A stretch of DNA of 64,000 bases from Minisyncoccota bacterium (GTDB lineage Bacteria > Patescibacteriota > Microgenomatia > UBA1400 > UBA12028), in the NCBI GenBank assembly GCA_016211945.1, contig JACRHV010000004.1, forward strand, positions 66,649 to 130,648, given 5' to 3'. The translations under genes were made by a program, and so were the position numbers. Numbering within the stretch: the first letter of the stretch is position 1; every line of letters starts with the position of its first letter. This document shows, in pieces, positions 8,410 through 18,155 of this stretch. The notes below the pieces were generated by a model. That model was not told where the DNA came from. It searched no databases and worked only from the letters and a program-made list of their open reading frames with translations.

Positions 8410-9892
8410 ATTTGGAGAGAAGAAACAGAGTGATTGATTTGTTCGTGACCATCAGTGTTTCAAGTCTCTTTGCGTACTTGGGTCCAAACTGCGTTACTTC
8501 CCAATGCGGAAGGTTTATTGGGTCTTTTTCCCCTTCTTCCCGTATCACATAGAGTACATCAGCATCTTGATATCTGTACTCGCTTACCGGTATATATCCA
8601 TCTCGCTCGAGTAAAAACCGATATTCATATCCCAAACCTGTCATGCCGTCGGAGCTGTCCTTAAAAATTGTAAATCGCTTGATCCCTCTTACATCGATAT
8701 CTTGCTCTATTGCATGAACCACTCGCGTAAGATTTGATAATGTCCGATATGTTGGTGAGTACAATGGAAATAATTTTGGTATCCATTGCACAAGGATGAG
8801 CAGCACAACTCCACTCATCATCAGTTTTATTTTCGATACATGTCCAATCATGAAAGATACAAAAAGCAATACGACGGTGCAAGGAACAATGAGATAGTAT
8901 GAGAATAAATATCCCTTATAGATCATGAGTAAACCGAGAACAGAACTTGTGAGAATGGTCAACACACCAGCATACGTATATGATGTATGTGATCTTGCTT
9001 TTTTTCTCTGCTTCCAGATTGTTATGAGACCTAAGCCTACTGCGATAAGAATCGCACCCTGTGTCCAGATATTTCCTCCAATGAATTGGAGAACCTTCTC
9101 AGTTTTTTCTGCGAGCGTCCAGTGCGGCAACGTACTGACAATACCCCCTCCCCGTGCCGATAAAAGAATGTAGGAAAGAAATGCTCGGGAATTGATGAAT
9201 CCGTGTCGAAGATCAAAAAGAAGAAGTGGGGAGGCCATGAGAAAAACTCCAAACATGTGCATACATGTTTGCCACACTTTTGCCCATATTTTTTTCTCAC
9301 CGTACACCAGAATAGAAACAACATACCCCGGAAATAACAGCAATGCGCTAAAATGCAGATGAAGAAATAGCCCAAACGAGACACCCGTTACGATGGACCA
9401 AAATGTTTTTGGCCGCTCCAATGACTTTATGAGCGTAGCAACAAAAAGAACAACAACGATTGAAAGCATCGGTTGATGCGTTGCACCACGACTCGCGGAA
9501 ACAAGAAGCGGTTGGAACATAAACAGCAGTGCGAATACAATTCCCGCAGAATACGATCCATACTTTCGCTGTACATGAAATCCCAAAAGTAAAGTAAAAA
9601 CCGCTAACACCACAAAAAGTAAAGAAATAATCTCCGGCACAAAGCCAAAGACGCGATAGCACAATGCAATAGCATAGAAATACAGCGGACCGAGGTAAAA
9701 CCCTCCAACGCTTGCCTGCGCCCCGAGTAATGTCAACTTCCCATGGAGGATTCGCAAAGCAAACAGACTATCTCTGCCAAAATCACTATCGAATTGAATA
9801 CTTGAAAAAAGGCCGTATATTCGAATAAAAAATGCAATGACACAGAGAAAAATGAGAAATACTCTGATATACGATGAATAACTTCTCTTCAT
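8408..9892 (-). CDS. GT-C membrane glycosyltransferase (ArnT/PMT-like, D-x-G-R-D subfamily)
   Basis: FDSDFGRD, LLGAQAS..YLGPLYFY, LHLHFS, PLLLFDLRHGF; multi-TM with a C-terminal soluble domain. Confidence 0.8.
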   Translation of the reverse strand: MKRSYSSYIRVFLIFLCVIAFFIRIYGLFSSIQFDSDFGRDSLFALRILHGKLTLLGAQASVGGFYLGPLYFYAIALCYRVFGFVPEIISLLFVVLAVFTLLLGFHVQRKYGSYSAGIVFALLFMFQPLLVSASRGATHQPMLSIVVVLFVATLIKSLERPKTFWSIVTGVSFGLFLHLHFSALLLFPGYVVSILVYGEKKIWAKVWQTCMHMFGVFLMASPLLLFDLRHGFINSRAFLSYILLSARGGGIVSTLPHWTLAEKTEKVLQFIGGNIWTQGAILIAVGLGLITIWKQRKKARSHTSYTYAGVLTILTSSVLGLLMIYKGYLFSYYLIVPCTVVLLFVSFMIGHVSKIKLMMSGVVLLILVQWIPKLFPLYSPTYRTLSNLTRVVHAIEQDIDVRGIKRFTIFKDSSDGMTGLGYEYRFLLERDGYIPVSEYRYQDADVLYVIREEGEKDPINLPHWEVTQFGPKYAKRLETLMVTNKSITLFLLSK

Positions 9893-11550
9893 TTCGCTCT
9901 CTCACGAACACTGTAGATGTTACAGAGATTGTAGCAACCTGTCTTTTCTAACGAAAGGAGAAAGGCATCTCTAAGTTGATTCATGGATTGATGGAGATAC
10001 GATTCATTGCCTAAACCATACGTCATCGCATACAGTGGCCTTCCCATCTTGAGATAGCTTCTATACAGTGCGAGCAAGTCCGAGTAGTCATGGTCACCCC
10101 ATACTTCCTTTTTCTGAGAACGAAACTCCTGATCTTTAGAGAGGGGTAAAAGGTCATAGGTGTTTTTTGAAAAGTAATCGAAGAAATAGGGTGGAATTGC
10201 AGAGATCACGATGGGCCTCTTCCCATCATTCGTCTGATGATCTTTCATAAATGCTTCTGTTTCTTGTATCGAGATATACCACCATGGCGTCTCCGCGTAT
10301 TTTATATTCACCATGATTTGGCGTTTTATTCTAAAGATGTTTGTGACACCAAAAATCAATACGTATCCAATAAAAAGAATGTACCATATTTTCTCTTTCC
10401 TCATGGCACAGCAGTACTCAAAGAAAATCTGCATCATCCAACCAAATCCTATCAGAAGAAAAGGGATAGAAAAGAGAAGATATCGCATGTCAGGTAGATA
10501 AAACGTCGACATGAAAAGAACCTCTCCTAAAAGGAGGGATAAAAGAACTGACGCGTATTTTTTCCAGGTCGATGAAAAAAGGCGCAATACCAAACCAGCA
10601 AGTCCCCATGAGGCGACAAATCCCGGAAGAATCGGTGTGTAGTCCCATAAAAACTTCATTCCTTCACCGTGTAATCCTCTCCAATGAAAGAGTAAATTAT
10701 TCGGCAGATATCGAAGTGAAAACCATGCGTGTTGCGCCACAACCGCTTCTCCTTGATCACCTCGTGAGGAGTTGTATTGATTCCAAAAACTCAAGAGTAT
10801 CCCCCATGCTGCACCAAACACATTCCTCCCCTGTAAGGAATAATCTAACGCAATGAAACCAAGAAAACAGATTGATAAGCATGCGATGTACTTCTTGAGA
10901 TATGGCGTGTTCTTATAGTGAAAGAAATAGAGGACGGCGAATACGATGGTGAGTGGTGCGTATGCGTACTTCACTCCGTAAAAAAGTATTGATACGATTC
11001 CAGCGTGTAATGCATTTCTTGTAGATTTCACTTCCAAAAAGAGGGACAGCCCATAGAGCATCATTGGAAGCATGAGGTTTTCTGCCATCGCCCATTGTGG
11101 ATACCAAGAAATGTAGTAATTCGTTACATACGCAAAGAAAAGAAATACTTGTATATACTCGTGCGGAACAACTTTTTTTACGATACGAACAAAAAAGAGA
11201 TAAGCCACAATGGCAAAAATGTAGTTTGCTGCATAAAACATTCTTGGGTCATTTTTCAATACAAAAAATGGTAAAAGCGTGAAAGAGTAGAACGGGGCAA
11301 CACTTGGAACAAAAGAGTATCCGTTGCGATACATGGAAAAACCATGACCTGCTAAAAAAGAACGAATCGGGACAATGTAGTGGAATGTGTCTGGGAATGG
11401 TTCAAAATTTGGAATAAGCGTACGCACAGAAAATGGGTTTCTTGCGAGCAAAAGGACAAGTAGAAACCCCGCTGCCCAGGGAGAGATTCGCAACCAATAC
11501 GCACGCGGAGGAAGTTTTGAGATGAAATTTTTTAACACAACACCGATCAT
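9889..11550 (-). CDS. Multi-TM membrane protein, probable GT-C glycosyltransferase
   Basis: N-terminal TM, then a loop with EPFPDTFHY..APFYS; MAEN; late DMRY motif; about 11 TM plus a C-terminal soluble domain. Confidence 0.7.
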   Translation of the reverse strand: MIGVVLKNFISKLPPRAYWLRISPWAAGFLLVLLLARNPFSVRTLIPNFEPFPDTFHYIVPIRSFLAGHGFSMYRNGYSFVPSVAPFYSFTLLPFFVLKNDPRMFYAANYIFAIVAYLFFVRIVKKVVPHEYIQVFLFFAYVTNYYISWYPQWAMAENLMLPMMLYGLSLFLEVKSTRNALHAGIVSILFYGVKYAYAPLTIVFAVLYFFHYKNTPYLKKYIACLSICFLGFIALDYSLQGRNVFGAAWGILLSFWNQYNSSRGDQGEAVVAQHAWFSLRYLPNNLLFHWRGLHGEGMKFLWDYTPILPGFVASWGLAGLVLRLFSSTWKKYASVLLSLLLGEVLFMSTFYLPDMRYLLFSIPFLLIGFGWMMQIFFEYCCAMRKEKIWYILFIGYVLIFGVTNIFRIKRQIMVNIKYAETPWWYISIQETEAFMKDHQTNDGKRPIVISAIPPYFFDYFSKNTYDLLPLSKDQEFRSQKKEVWGDHDYSDLLALYRSYLKMGRPLYAMTYGLGNESYLHQSMNQLRDAFLLSLEKTGCYNLCNIYSVRERAK

Positions 11551-11563
11551 ATCTGTCGTTATA

Positions 11564-13132
11564 TCAAGTCTTTGGTAAAAACGCTACAAGCTCTTTTTTA
11601 AATCGTTCGCGACTGAAATACTGACTTCTCTCTAATGCCTTCCTACTTTTTTCCTTCAATATTTTGGGATCTTGAATCAGTAGTATCGTGTATCGCATGA
11701 GTTCTTCTCTAGTATTCCACACAAAACCGCAGTCTTGTGTCACAATTTCTGGCTGACCACCGCAGTTAATGACGACCGGAACACAGCCAGAAGCCATCGC
11801 CTCCACCGTTGTAATTCCAAAATGTTCTAATCGAACCGGATATCGTTCGTTGTCTTCGTCTAATCCAGTTGCATGCCAATAAATCTTGGCTTCTGAGAGT
11901 AGCGTTCGGAGTTCGGTAAATGAAACGTTTGTATGAAGAAAGATCGGATATCCCAATGATTCTTCCTTTATTGACTCCACATACTGCCGATGCGCATGAC
12001 CTTCGGCGATACCTCCAACAAAATGGAGCTCCCAATCTTTCAAGCCGGTCTCGACAAGACGTTTAAATACCCGAGCCATGTCGAGTTGTTTCTTTGAGTG
12101 CCCCCCCAGAAAAAACCTCCCCACATGCATAATGATATTTTTTTTCTGCTTCGCGGGTGCGAACGCTTTCACATCAACAGGAGGATACAGTATCCCGCTT
12201 CTCATCCCCCAGTATCGATGAATCCAGTCCTGTGAAAACTTTGATATTGCTATTACACGATCATATGAGTCTATGTCCGAAAAACGCGTGGGAGAAGGAC
12301 CGCCGTGCAGACGCATCTCCCAAGTTGGAAATAATGATTTAAATAAGTTATAGAGCATATATCGCGGATGATTAATACTCATACTGGTGAGTGCAATTGC
12401 ATCCGAGTACTCGGACTCCGGAAGTACAATGGTTAAACCAGTATCTTTTACCGGCACAGTAAAGGTAAATTCGTATTGAATTGCGTTTGAAACTCTATTG
12501 ACGATACGCGAGACAGGCTCAACCTTCATTTTCCCCAAGCGGAAAAAAATCTGATCAATGCATGAGAATGCGAGATAGTCCACACGTAGTTCGATACAAA
12601 GATGGTGCGTATTTTGATTAAAGTAAATTGTTGATTCTTTTCCAAGCCATTTATAGAGCCTACCACCGCGATATTCATCGTATCGAAATCCTTCAAACTG
12701 CGACGGATAAATAAAAAAACGACGAAGTGATGGAATAATATGCGCACGTTTCATGTACTCATACACAGAAACCTTTATCCTTGACGGAAAGAAGATCGAA
12801 AGAACACCGTATTTGCTTCTATTGGGAATGTAATCCAAATATGAATTCGAAACGAAAACATCATACCCTTCCGTATATTGGCTCAATTGATAATCGAGGA
12901 AATTGGGAAGATACCGCATAGTGATGTCGTGAAGATCCACATGCATTTTGCTTTCAGCTTCATGCATATCGAACTTTTTATGTGTCAAAATCTCTGTGCG
13001 ATACCCTAAATCACGAAGTGTTTCCGCATATGCAAACGCCACTTGCTCTCCACCGCCTAGTGTGTGAAGCCAGCGGTCATATACTGCCGCCCTTTTTTGT
13101 TTACGATCTTTCTTTTTTATTGTGTCTGGCAT
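11564..13132 (-). CDS. GT4 glycosyltransferase with an internal beta-sandwich insertion
   Basis: LGGGEQ, VGRFF..HSKKQ, YWHATG, EHFGITTVEAM; about 150 aa longer than paralog 53627..54757. Start MPDTIK at 13132 follows an AGAGGA/AAGGA SD-like sequence. Confidence 0.88.
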   Translation of the reverse strand: MPDTIKKKDRKQKRAAVYDRWLHTLGGGEQVAFAYAETLRDLGYRTEILTHKKFDMHEAESKMHVDLHDITMRYLPNFLDYQLSQYTEGYDVFVSNSYLDYIPNRSKYGVLSIFFPSRIKVSVYEYMKRAHIIPSLRRFFIYPSQFEGFRYDEYRGGRLYKWLGKESTIYFNQNTHHLCIELRVDYLAFSCIDQIFFRLGKMKVEPVSRIVNRVSNAIQYEFTFTVPVKDTGLTIVLPESEYSDAIALTSMSINHPRYMLYNLFKSLFPTWEMRLHGGPSPTRFSDIDSYDRVIAISKFSQDWIHRYWGMRSGILYPPVDVKAFAPAKQKKNIIMHVGRFFLGGHSKKQLDMARVFKRLVETGLKDWELHFVGGIAEGHAHRQYVESIKEESLGYPIFLHTNVSFTELRTLLSEAKIYWHATGLDEDNERYPVRLEHFGITTVEAMASGCVPVVINCGGQPEIVTQDCGFVWNTREELMRYTILLIQDPKILKEKSRKALERSQYFSRERFKKELVAFLPKT

Positions 13133-13146
13133 CCTTTTATCCTCTG

Positions 13147-14583
13147 CTAATACAGCGATGTATACAATGATTGTATGGATCTCTTCTCCTGTCTCCCCAA
13201 CATCCATCGTTTGTGTAACAGCTCGAACATGTGGACAAATATCCACCGCAACACTTCAAGTCGAAACTTCTGTCTCTCTTCCCACAACTCGAACTTCATC
13301 CAACTTCCCTTTACTCCCCATTTCATCATCCTGATGTACGAGATCAACCAGGCCATACATTGCATAACAAGTTGTTTTCCAACAACGATCCATGGAAACT
13401 GTTTGATGACAAGTGCTAAATGGTTTCTCTCCGCGTGATACTGAACGAAGGAAGACCACTCTCCACTGGAGGCTGAGTGGATATGGTGAACAACTGCCTT
13501 TGGCTCATATGCTATATCGTATCCCATACGCCACATACGAAGACTGAGATCGATATCCTCGTAGTACATGAAGAATGACTCATCAAACCCGCCGAGATTC
13601 ATAAAGACATCTCTTTTTAATAACACGTTCACTCCGCAAAATGCGATGATCTTCCGATCTACGGCGTAGTACGGATTATCGATTTCGTATCGTTGCATGT
13701 GGTGTTTTGCCGTAACCCCCAAGTCCCGAACATATCCGTTCTTGAACACAGCGTTGCCTGCGTTTTGCACCGCGTAGAGCGCGTGCTTCTTTAGCGCAGT
13801 TTTAGGAATTGTAATCGAGTATTGCTTGACCTGTGCTGGCTCAAGCACATGTTTTTCGAGCTCAGTTTCACCCAGCTTAACCACGAATGGGGTTTTCAGT
13901 CCGGATCTCCCCTTTTGAGAACGCATTGTCATTGTTAGAGATATTTTTTCACCATTGGGATCGAAGGGGATGAGTAAACGTCCATCCCCATTTGTCCACC
14001 GAGCGATGATCGTTCCTTTTTCTTTTTCGTAAAATCCGGAACGGTACTGCACAAGGTGTTGAAGTGATTTGTCCTCTATCTCAACATGTTCAACAAGCAC
14101 ACCGACTTGTTGAAAATCAGCAGTTTGCGTAAACTCAGATTTGGTGAACACATCCGAGACAATGCGAAGTTCGATAAAGGGATACCACAGAAGTGACTTT
14201 CCATTCACAGCGCCAATACTTCGTGACGATTCCGCGCGATGCACTAACGCTGTCAACCAATCGGGGTCCACAGTCGTGTCATTATTCAGCAGTACGACGT
14301 ATGTTCCACGAGCATGCTTCACACCCAGATTGTTCCCACCAGCAAATCCTACATTATGCTCGCTCTCTATGATATGAACCTCTGGATATTCTCTTTTGAG
14401 ATATGCAACAGAGTCATCCCAAGAATTGTTGTCGACAACAACGATCTCAAGCTGTGATTCTGGAAAATGGAGAAGGTAGAGAGAATCTAAACACGATTTT
14501 AAAAAACGTTTTCCGTTATAATTGACAATAATGATGGATACAATCGGATGTTTTTGCATATTTGAATACAACTGTTTCTTCAC
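13147..14583 (-). CDS. GT2 glycosyltransferase with a ~140-aa internal insertion
   Basis: VSIIIVNYNG, GFAGGNN, LLNNDT, GFDESFFMYYEDIDL; insertion between AVNGKSLL and VQNAG. Alternative start ATG 14559. Confidence 0.88.
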   Translation of the reverse strand: MKKQLYSNMQKHPIVSIIIVNYNGKRFLKSCLDSLYLLHFPESQLEIVVVDNNSWDDSVAYLKREYPEVHIIESEHNVGFAGGNNLGVKHARGTYVVLLNNDTTVDPDWLTALVHRAESSRSIGAVNGKSLLWYPFIELRIVSDVFTKSEFTQTADFQQVGVLVEHVEIEDKSLQHLVQYRSGFYEKEKGTIIARWTNGDGRLLIPFDPNGEKISLTMTMRSQKGRSGLKTPFVVKLGETELEKHVLEPAQVKQYSITIPKTALKKHALYAVQNAGNAVFKNGYVRDLGVTAKHHMQRYEIDNPYYAVDRKIIAFCGVNVLLKRDVFMNLGGFDESFFMYYEDIDLSLRMWRMGYDIAYEPKAVVHHIHSASSGEWSSFVQYHAERNHLALVIKQFPWIVVGKQLVMQCMAWLISYIRMMKWGVKGSWMKFELWEERQKFRLEVLRWIFVHMFELLHKRWMLGRQEKRSIQSLYTSLY

Positions 14584-14587
14584 CTAC

Positions 14588-14595
14588 AGTATACT
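14588..14595. promoter_or_regulatory. Palindromic AGTATACT giving a TATACT -10 box on both strands in a divergent gap
   Basis: Perfect 8-bp palindrome in the 30-bp gap between the divergent genes starting at 14583 and 14614. Confidence 0.5.
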
Positions 14596-14613
14596 ATAAA
14601 AAAAGATCATAAT

Positions 14614-16623
14614 ATGAAATTTGCTTTTTTTTATTTCTTCTTCATTTTTTTTACTCTAGCTTTTTTCTCTTCTGGTGTACTGGATTCAGAAGACAGTTGG
14701 CTATATGTTTCTGTCGCAAAAAACATCTACTACAATCATGAGATAACAGCCGCACCAAATGAATATGCGCAAAGAAAGAACGTGAATTTTAACGCTACAC
14801 TCGGAGCAGATGGAAAATGGAGGACATCACAAGCGCTAGGATATTCGATTGCAATGGTACCAGCAGTAGCGCTGTCCGATGTAGTTCATAGATATTATGG
14901 AGTTCCCTCAACAAATCATTTTCCTCTAGAACACGACTGGACTCTCCATTTTTTTGCCAGTTTTACAAACTCATTTTTAGCGGCTCTCCTTGCTGTGTAT
15001 ATCTATTTTTACGGCATACTCCTAGGTCTACCCAAAAAATCTGCCCTCATCCTTAGTCTCTTTGTGACCTTTGCTACTATCGTGATGCCGATGTCAAAAC
15101 TAGGTTTTGCGCAGATGTTGTTCACATCGGCATTGGTCGCAACCTGGTATCATATGACCCGTTGGCTAAAATTATCTGAAAGAAAAGACATTGTTTTTTT
15201 CTGTGTAACTTTCGGAACTCTTATTCTCTCATATAACTCTTCTTATCTTCTTACAATCCCGCCACTCGCGCTTTATGTGTATCTTGTTCTTTTAAAGAAA
15301 TATGACTGGCTTGCACAACATCACAAAAGGAATCTTCTTTTTCTTGTCATTGGCGGCATTGTTTGTTCTTTTCTTTTTTTCTCCCCATCAATTCTTTCAG
15401 TTTTAGAAGCGTTTCGCCCCAAAGCATTGTTTGAAGGAGTCTGGGGATTTTTGCTAAGCCCTGGCAAAAGTGTTTTTTTGTACAATCCACCACTTATTAT
15501 TTTGCTCATTTTTTGGTACAAAATCCCAAAAAAATATATGCCAGAAACAATATCGTGGATCTTTCTTGCTTTCCTCTATCTCTTTGTTTATGGATCAGCA
15601 CGCCTCAGAGAGGATGTGTATATTTGGCACGGCGGTATGGGGTGGGGTGCTCGATACATTTTTCCTCTCGTTCCTTTTTTTGCGATGCTCGCGTATCTCA
15701 CTACCCAACGTCTTTCATCACTCCAAAGAAAATTGGTGTGGTATCCGTTTATCGCATTGAGCATCTTTATACAGATCATAGGTTCAACAATTCCATATCT
15801 CGTTCAATACCGCAGTCTTCCATACAACATTTTCATCAATAAAATGGAAATTCTTCACTACGATTATGCAAGTTTTCTCCCCAGATACTCTCCGCTCATC
15901 CTGATGCTGAGAGAGTTTAAAACAAAATTGCGAGAGCTCCCTCTTACGATTGATCATGGTGATTACAAAGCACGACTTGTTGACGGGTTCAACCCACCAC
16001 TCAAGATAGGAAACGGAGCATTTCGTGGAATACAACGTCAAGGATATCTGGAATATCAACAGCAGAAATCTCGACCGCTAAAATCCATAGCCCTTAGTCT
16101 TTACAATGCACCAGACAATCCAAGCATAGGAACATACTCTGCGCTGCTACAACTCAAGTTGAACGAACACCAAATTGAACAAGACATTATTATTCCCTCT
16201 CAAAAAGATGTAACTTCTCGTCTCCAAATCCCAGACGGAATAGAAAAACAAGCAGATAATCTTATTGAATTTTCTGTGCAATATATAGGAACGTCATCGG
16301 CACACCAAGTACTGTACGTAAAATCGCTTGCGTTTAATGACGCCCCCATCAATATTCGTTCTCTCGATTATCCGGATCTTTCCGCATTAGGAGAAAAAAC
16401 GAGTAATCGACCATATCGAGTATTTGGGAAAGAACGGAAAGACCTCTGGGAGTTATGGAATCTTCGTGCTCGTATTTCTGAGGAAACATTTGATCTTTGG
16501 TGGATTAAAAATTTGTATTATTGGGACCGACCTCAAAATCTTGTTTGGGCCTTATTTTGTGTAAATGTTGCGGGAATATTTGTCACAGGCTGGTATGTCT
16601 TTCGTCGAGTGATGTATACTTAA
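14614..16623 (+). CDS. Multi-TM membrane protein, probable GT-C, with a C-terminal extracytoplasmic beta-sandwich domain
   Basis: DSED early loop, LLSPGKSVFLYNP, WHGGMGWGARY; about 12 TM; soluble domain at aa ~450-590; final TM. Confidence 0.72.
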   Translation: MKFAFFYFFFIFFTLAFFSSGVLDSEDSWLYVSVAKNIYYNHEITAAPNEYAQRKNVNFNATLGADGKWRTSQALGYSIAMVPAVALSDVVHRYYGVPSTNHFPLEHDWTLHFFASFTNSFLAALLAVYIYFYGILLGLPKKSALILSLFVTFATIVMPMSKLGFAQMLFTSALVATWYHMTRWLKLSERKDIVFFCVTFGTLILSYNSSYLLTIPPLALYVYLVLLKKYDWLAQHHKRNLLFLVIGGIVCSFLFFSPSILSVLEAFRPKALFEGVWGFLLSPGKSVFLYNPPLIILLIFWYKIPKKYMPETISWIFLAFLYLFVYGSARLREDVYIWHGGMGWGARYIFPLVPFFAMLAYLTTQRLSSLQRKLVWYPFIALSIFIQIIGSTIPYLVQYRSLPYNIFINKMEILHYDYASFLPRYSPLILMLREFKTKLRELPLTIDHGDYKARLVDGFNPPLKIGNGAFRGIQRQGYLEYQQQKSRPLKSIALSLYNAPDNPSIGTYSALLQLKLNEHQIEQDIIIPSQKDVTSRLQIPDGIEKQADNLIEFSVQYIGTSSAHQVLYVKSLAFNDAPINIRSLDYPDLSALGEKTSNRPYRVFGKERKDLWELWNLRARISEETFDLWWIKNLYYWDRPQNLVWALFCVNVAGIFVTGWYVFRRVMYT

Positions 16624-16629
16624 CACATC

Positions 16630-17412
16630 ATGATTTCAATCATACTGCGGCCGTTCCAGTCATACAAATATCTCTTGTTGCAACTTACACAGCGCGAGAT
16701 AAAATCTCGATATAAGCAGTCTTTTGTGGGTTATGCTTGGGTAATCCTGAACCCGTTAGCGCAACTTCTTGTGTATTCGTTTGTTTTTTCTGTTGTTTTC
16801 CGCTTCCCAACACATGATATTCCATACATCATTTTCTTGTATGCTGGTTTACTTCCTTGGGGACTTTTTCAAGGATCGATTTCAGCAGCAACACAATCGC
16901 TTGTTGAGAATGCACCTCTTATTCGCAAGGTGAATTTTCCACGTGAGATTATTCCATATTCCGTTGTTCTTGCAAAAATAGTCGATTTTCTTGTTTCTGC
17001 GCTTATTTTTATTGGATTTATGATCGCTTTTCGCGTTCCATTTTCATCAACCACGATCTATCTTGTCCCATTATTTTTCAGTCAACTCCTTCTTACTATT
17101 GGTATTTCGCTCATACTATCGGCAGGTAATCTGTTTTATAGAGATATTCAATACCTCGCAAATCTCCTACTTATGCTCTGGATGTACATGACTCCTGTTG
17201 TCTATCCTCTGTCACTTGTACCAACACAGTATGTTTGGTTCTATAAACTCAACCCCATGGTTGGTATTTTAGAGGGTTATCGATCTGCACTATTTAACTA
17301 CCCATTTGAATGGACTATTATATCTTGGTCTTTGGCTATTTCATGCCTCGTTTTTCTCATTGGATTTTTTGTATTTAAAAAAAGTGACAAGATTTTTGCG
17401 GATATTGCATAA
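16630..17412 (+). CDS. wzm: Polysaccharide ABC transporter permease
   Basis: REIKSRYKQS..GYAW..LNPL, LIRKVNFPRE, FYRDI, YMTPVVYP, LNPM. Confidence 0.95.
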   Translation: MISIILRPFQSYKYLLLQLTQREIKSRYKQSFVGYAWVILNPLAQLLVYSFVFSVVFRFPTHDIPYIIFLYAGLLPWGLFQGSISAATQSLVENAPLIRKVNFPREIIPYSVVLAKIVDFLVSALIFIGFMIAFRVPFSSTTIYLVPLFFSQLLLTIGISLILSAGNLFYRDIQYLANLLLMLWMYMTPVVYPLSLVPTQYVWFYKLNPMVGILEGYRSALFNYPFEWTIISWSLAISCLVFLIGFFVFKKSDKIFADIA

Positions 17413-17413
17413 C

Positions 17414-18154
17414 ATGAATACGCCAATACACATTCCTGCTATTAGATTTGATCGGGTTTCAAAATCGTATTATCTTCAGGAGGATCGTACGTTTAAAGAC
17501 GTCATTCCAAGCTTGCTTCTTGGAAAGCCATGGGCAAAAAAACATATCGTGTTCCATGATTTGAATTTCTCTATCGCGCAGGGGGAAACTGTTGGAATTG
17601 TAGGAAAAAATGGAGCCGGAAAATCTACCATGTTGAAACTCATTGCAGGAGTAACGTACCCCAATACTGGTTCTGTTGTGGTTCAAGGTCGTGTTGCACC
17701 TCTTATTGAATTGGGTGCTGGTTTTCATCACGAACTATCCGGATATGAAAATATATTTCTAAACGCAGCGATTCTTGGTATGCACAAAAAAGAAATTGAG
17801 TTAAAAATAGATGAGATTATCAAGTTTAGTGAACTTGAAGAATTCATTCATGTTCCAGTAAAACGATATTCGTCTGGTATGCATATGAGGCTTGGATTTT
17901 CCGTTGCCATCCATGTTGATGTGCCGATCTTACTCATTGATGAAGTTCTTGCTGTTGGTGACCGAGATTTCCAGCAAAAATGTTTGAATAAACTTCAAGA
18001 GTTAAAGCAGAATAAACAAAAAACAATTGTTTTTGTAAGTCATAATGAAGAAGCGGTAAGAAGCTTTTGCGATCGAGCGATTCTTCTAGAACACGGGAAA
18101 ATTATTGAAGACGGAAATCCAAAGAGGGTGTTTGAACGATATAATAAGGCGTAA
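17414..18154 (+). CDS. wzt: Polysaccharide ABC transporter ATPase (no C-terminal CBM)
   Basis: Walker A GKNGAGKST, signature YSSGM, Walker B LLIDEVLAVGD, VSH. Start MNTP at 17414. Confidence 0.95.
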   Translation: MNTPIHIPAIRFDRVSKSYYLQEDRTFKDVIPSLLLGKPWAKKHIVFHDLNFSIAQGETVGIVGKNGAGKSTMLKLIAGVTYPNTGSVVVQGRVAPLIELGAGFHHELSGYENIFLNAAILGMHKKEIELKIDEIIKFSELEEFIHVPVKRYSSGMHMRLGFSVAIHVDVPILLIDEVLAVGDRDFQQKCLNKLQELKQNKQKTIVFVSHNEEAVRSFCDRAILLEHGKIIEDGNPKRVFERYNKA

Positions 18155-18155
18155 T

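Noticed and set aside
13133-13246. Extended starts in the ORF track (13246, also 4353, 17306, 22599, 42135, 43893, 51239, 52767, 55698)
   Set aside because: They overlap neighbouring genes; downstream starts match family N-termini and short-overlap coupling
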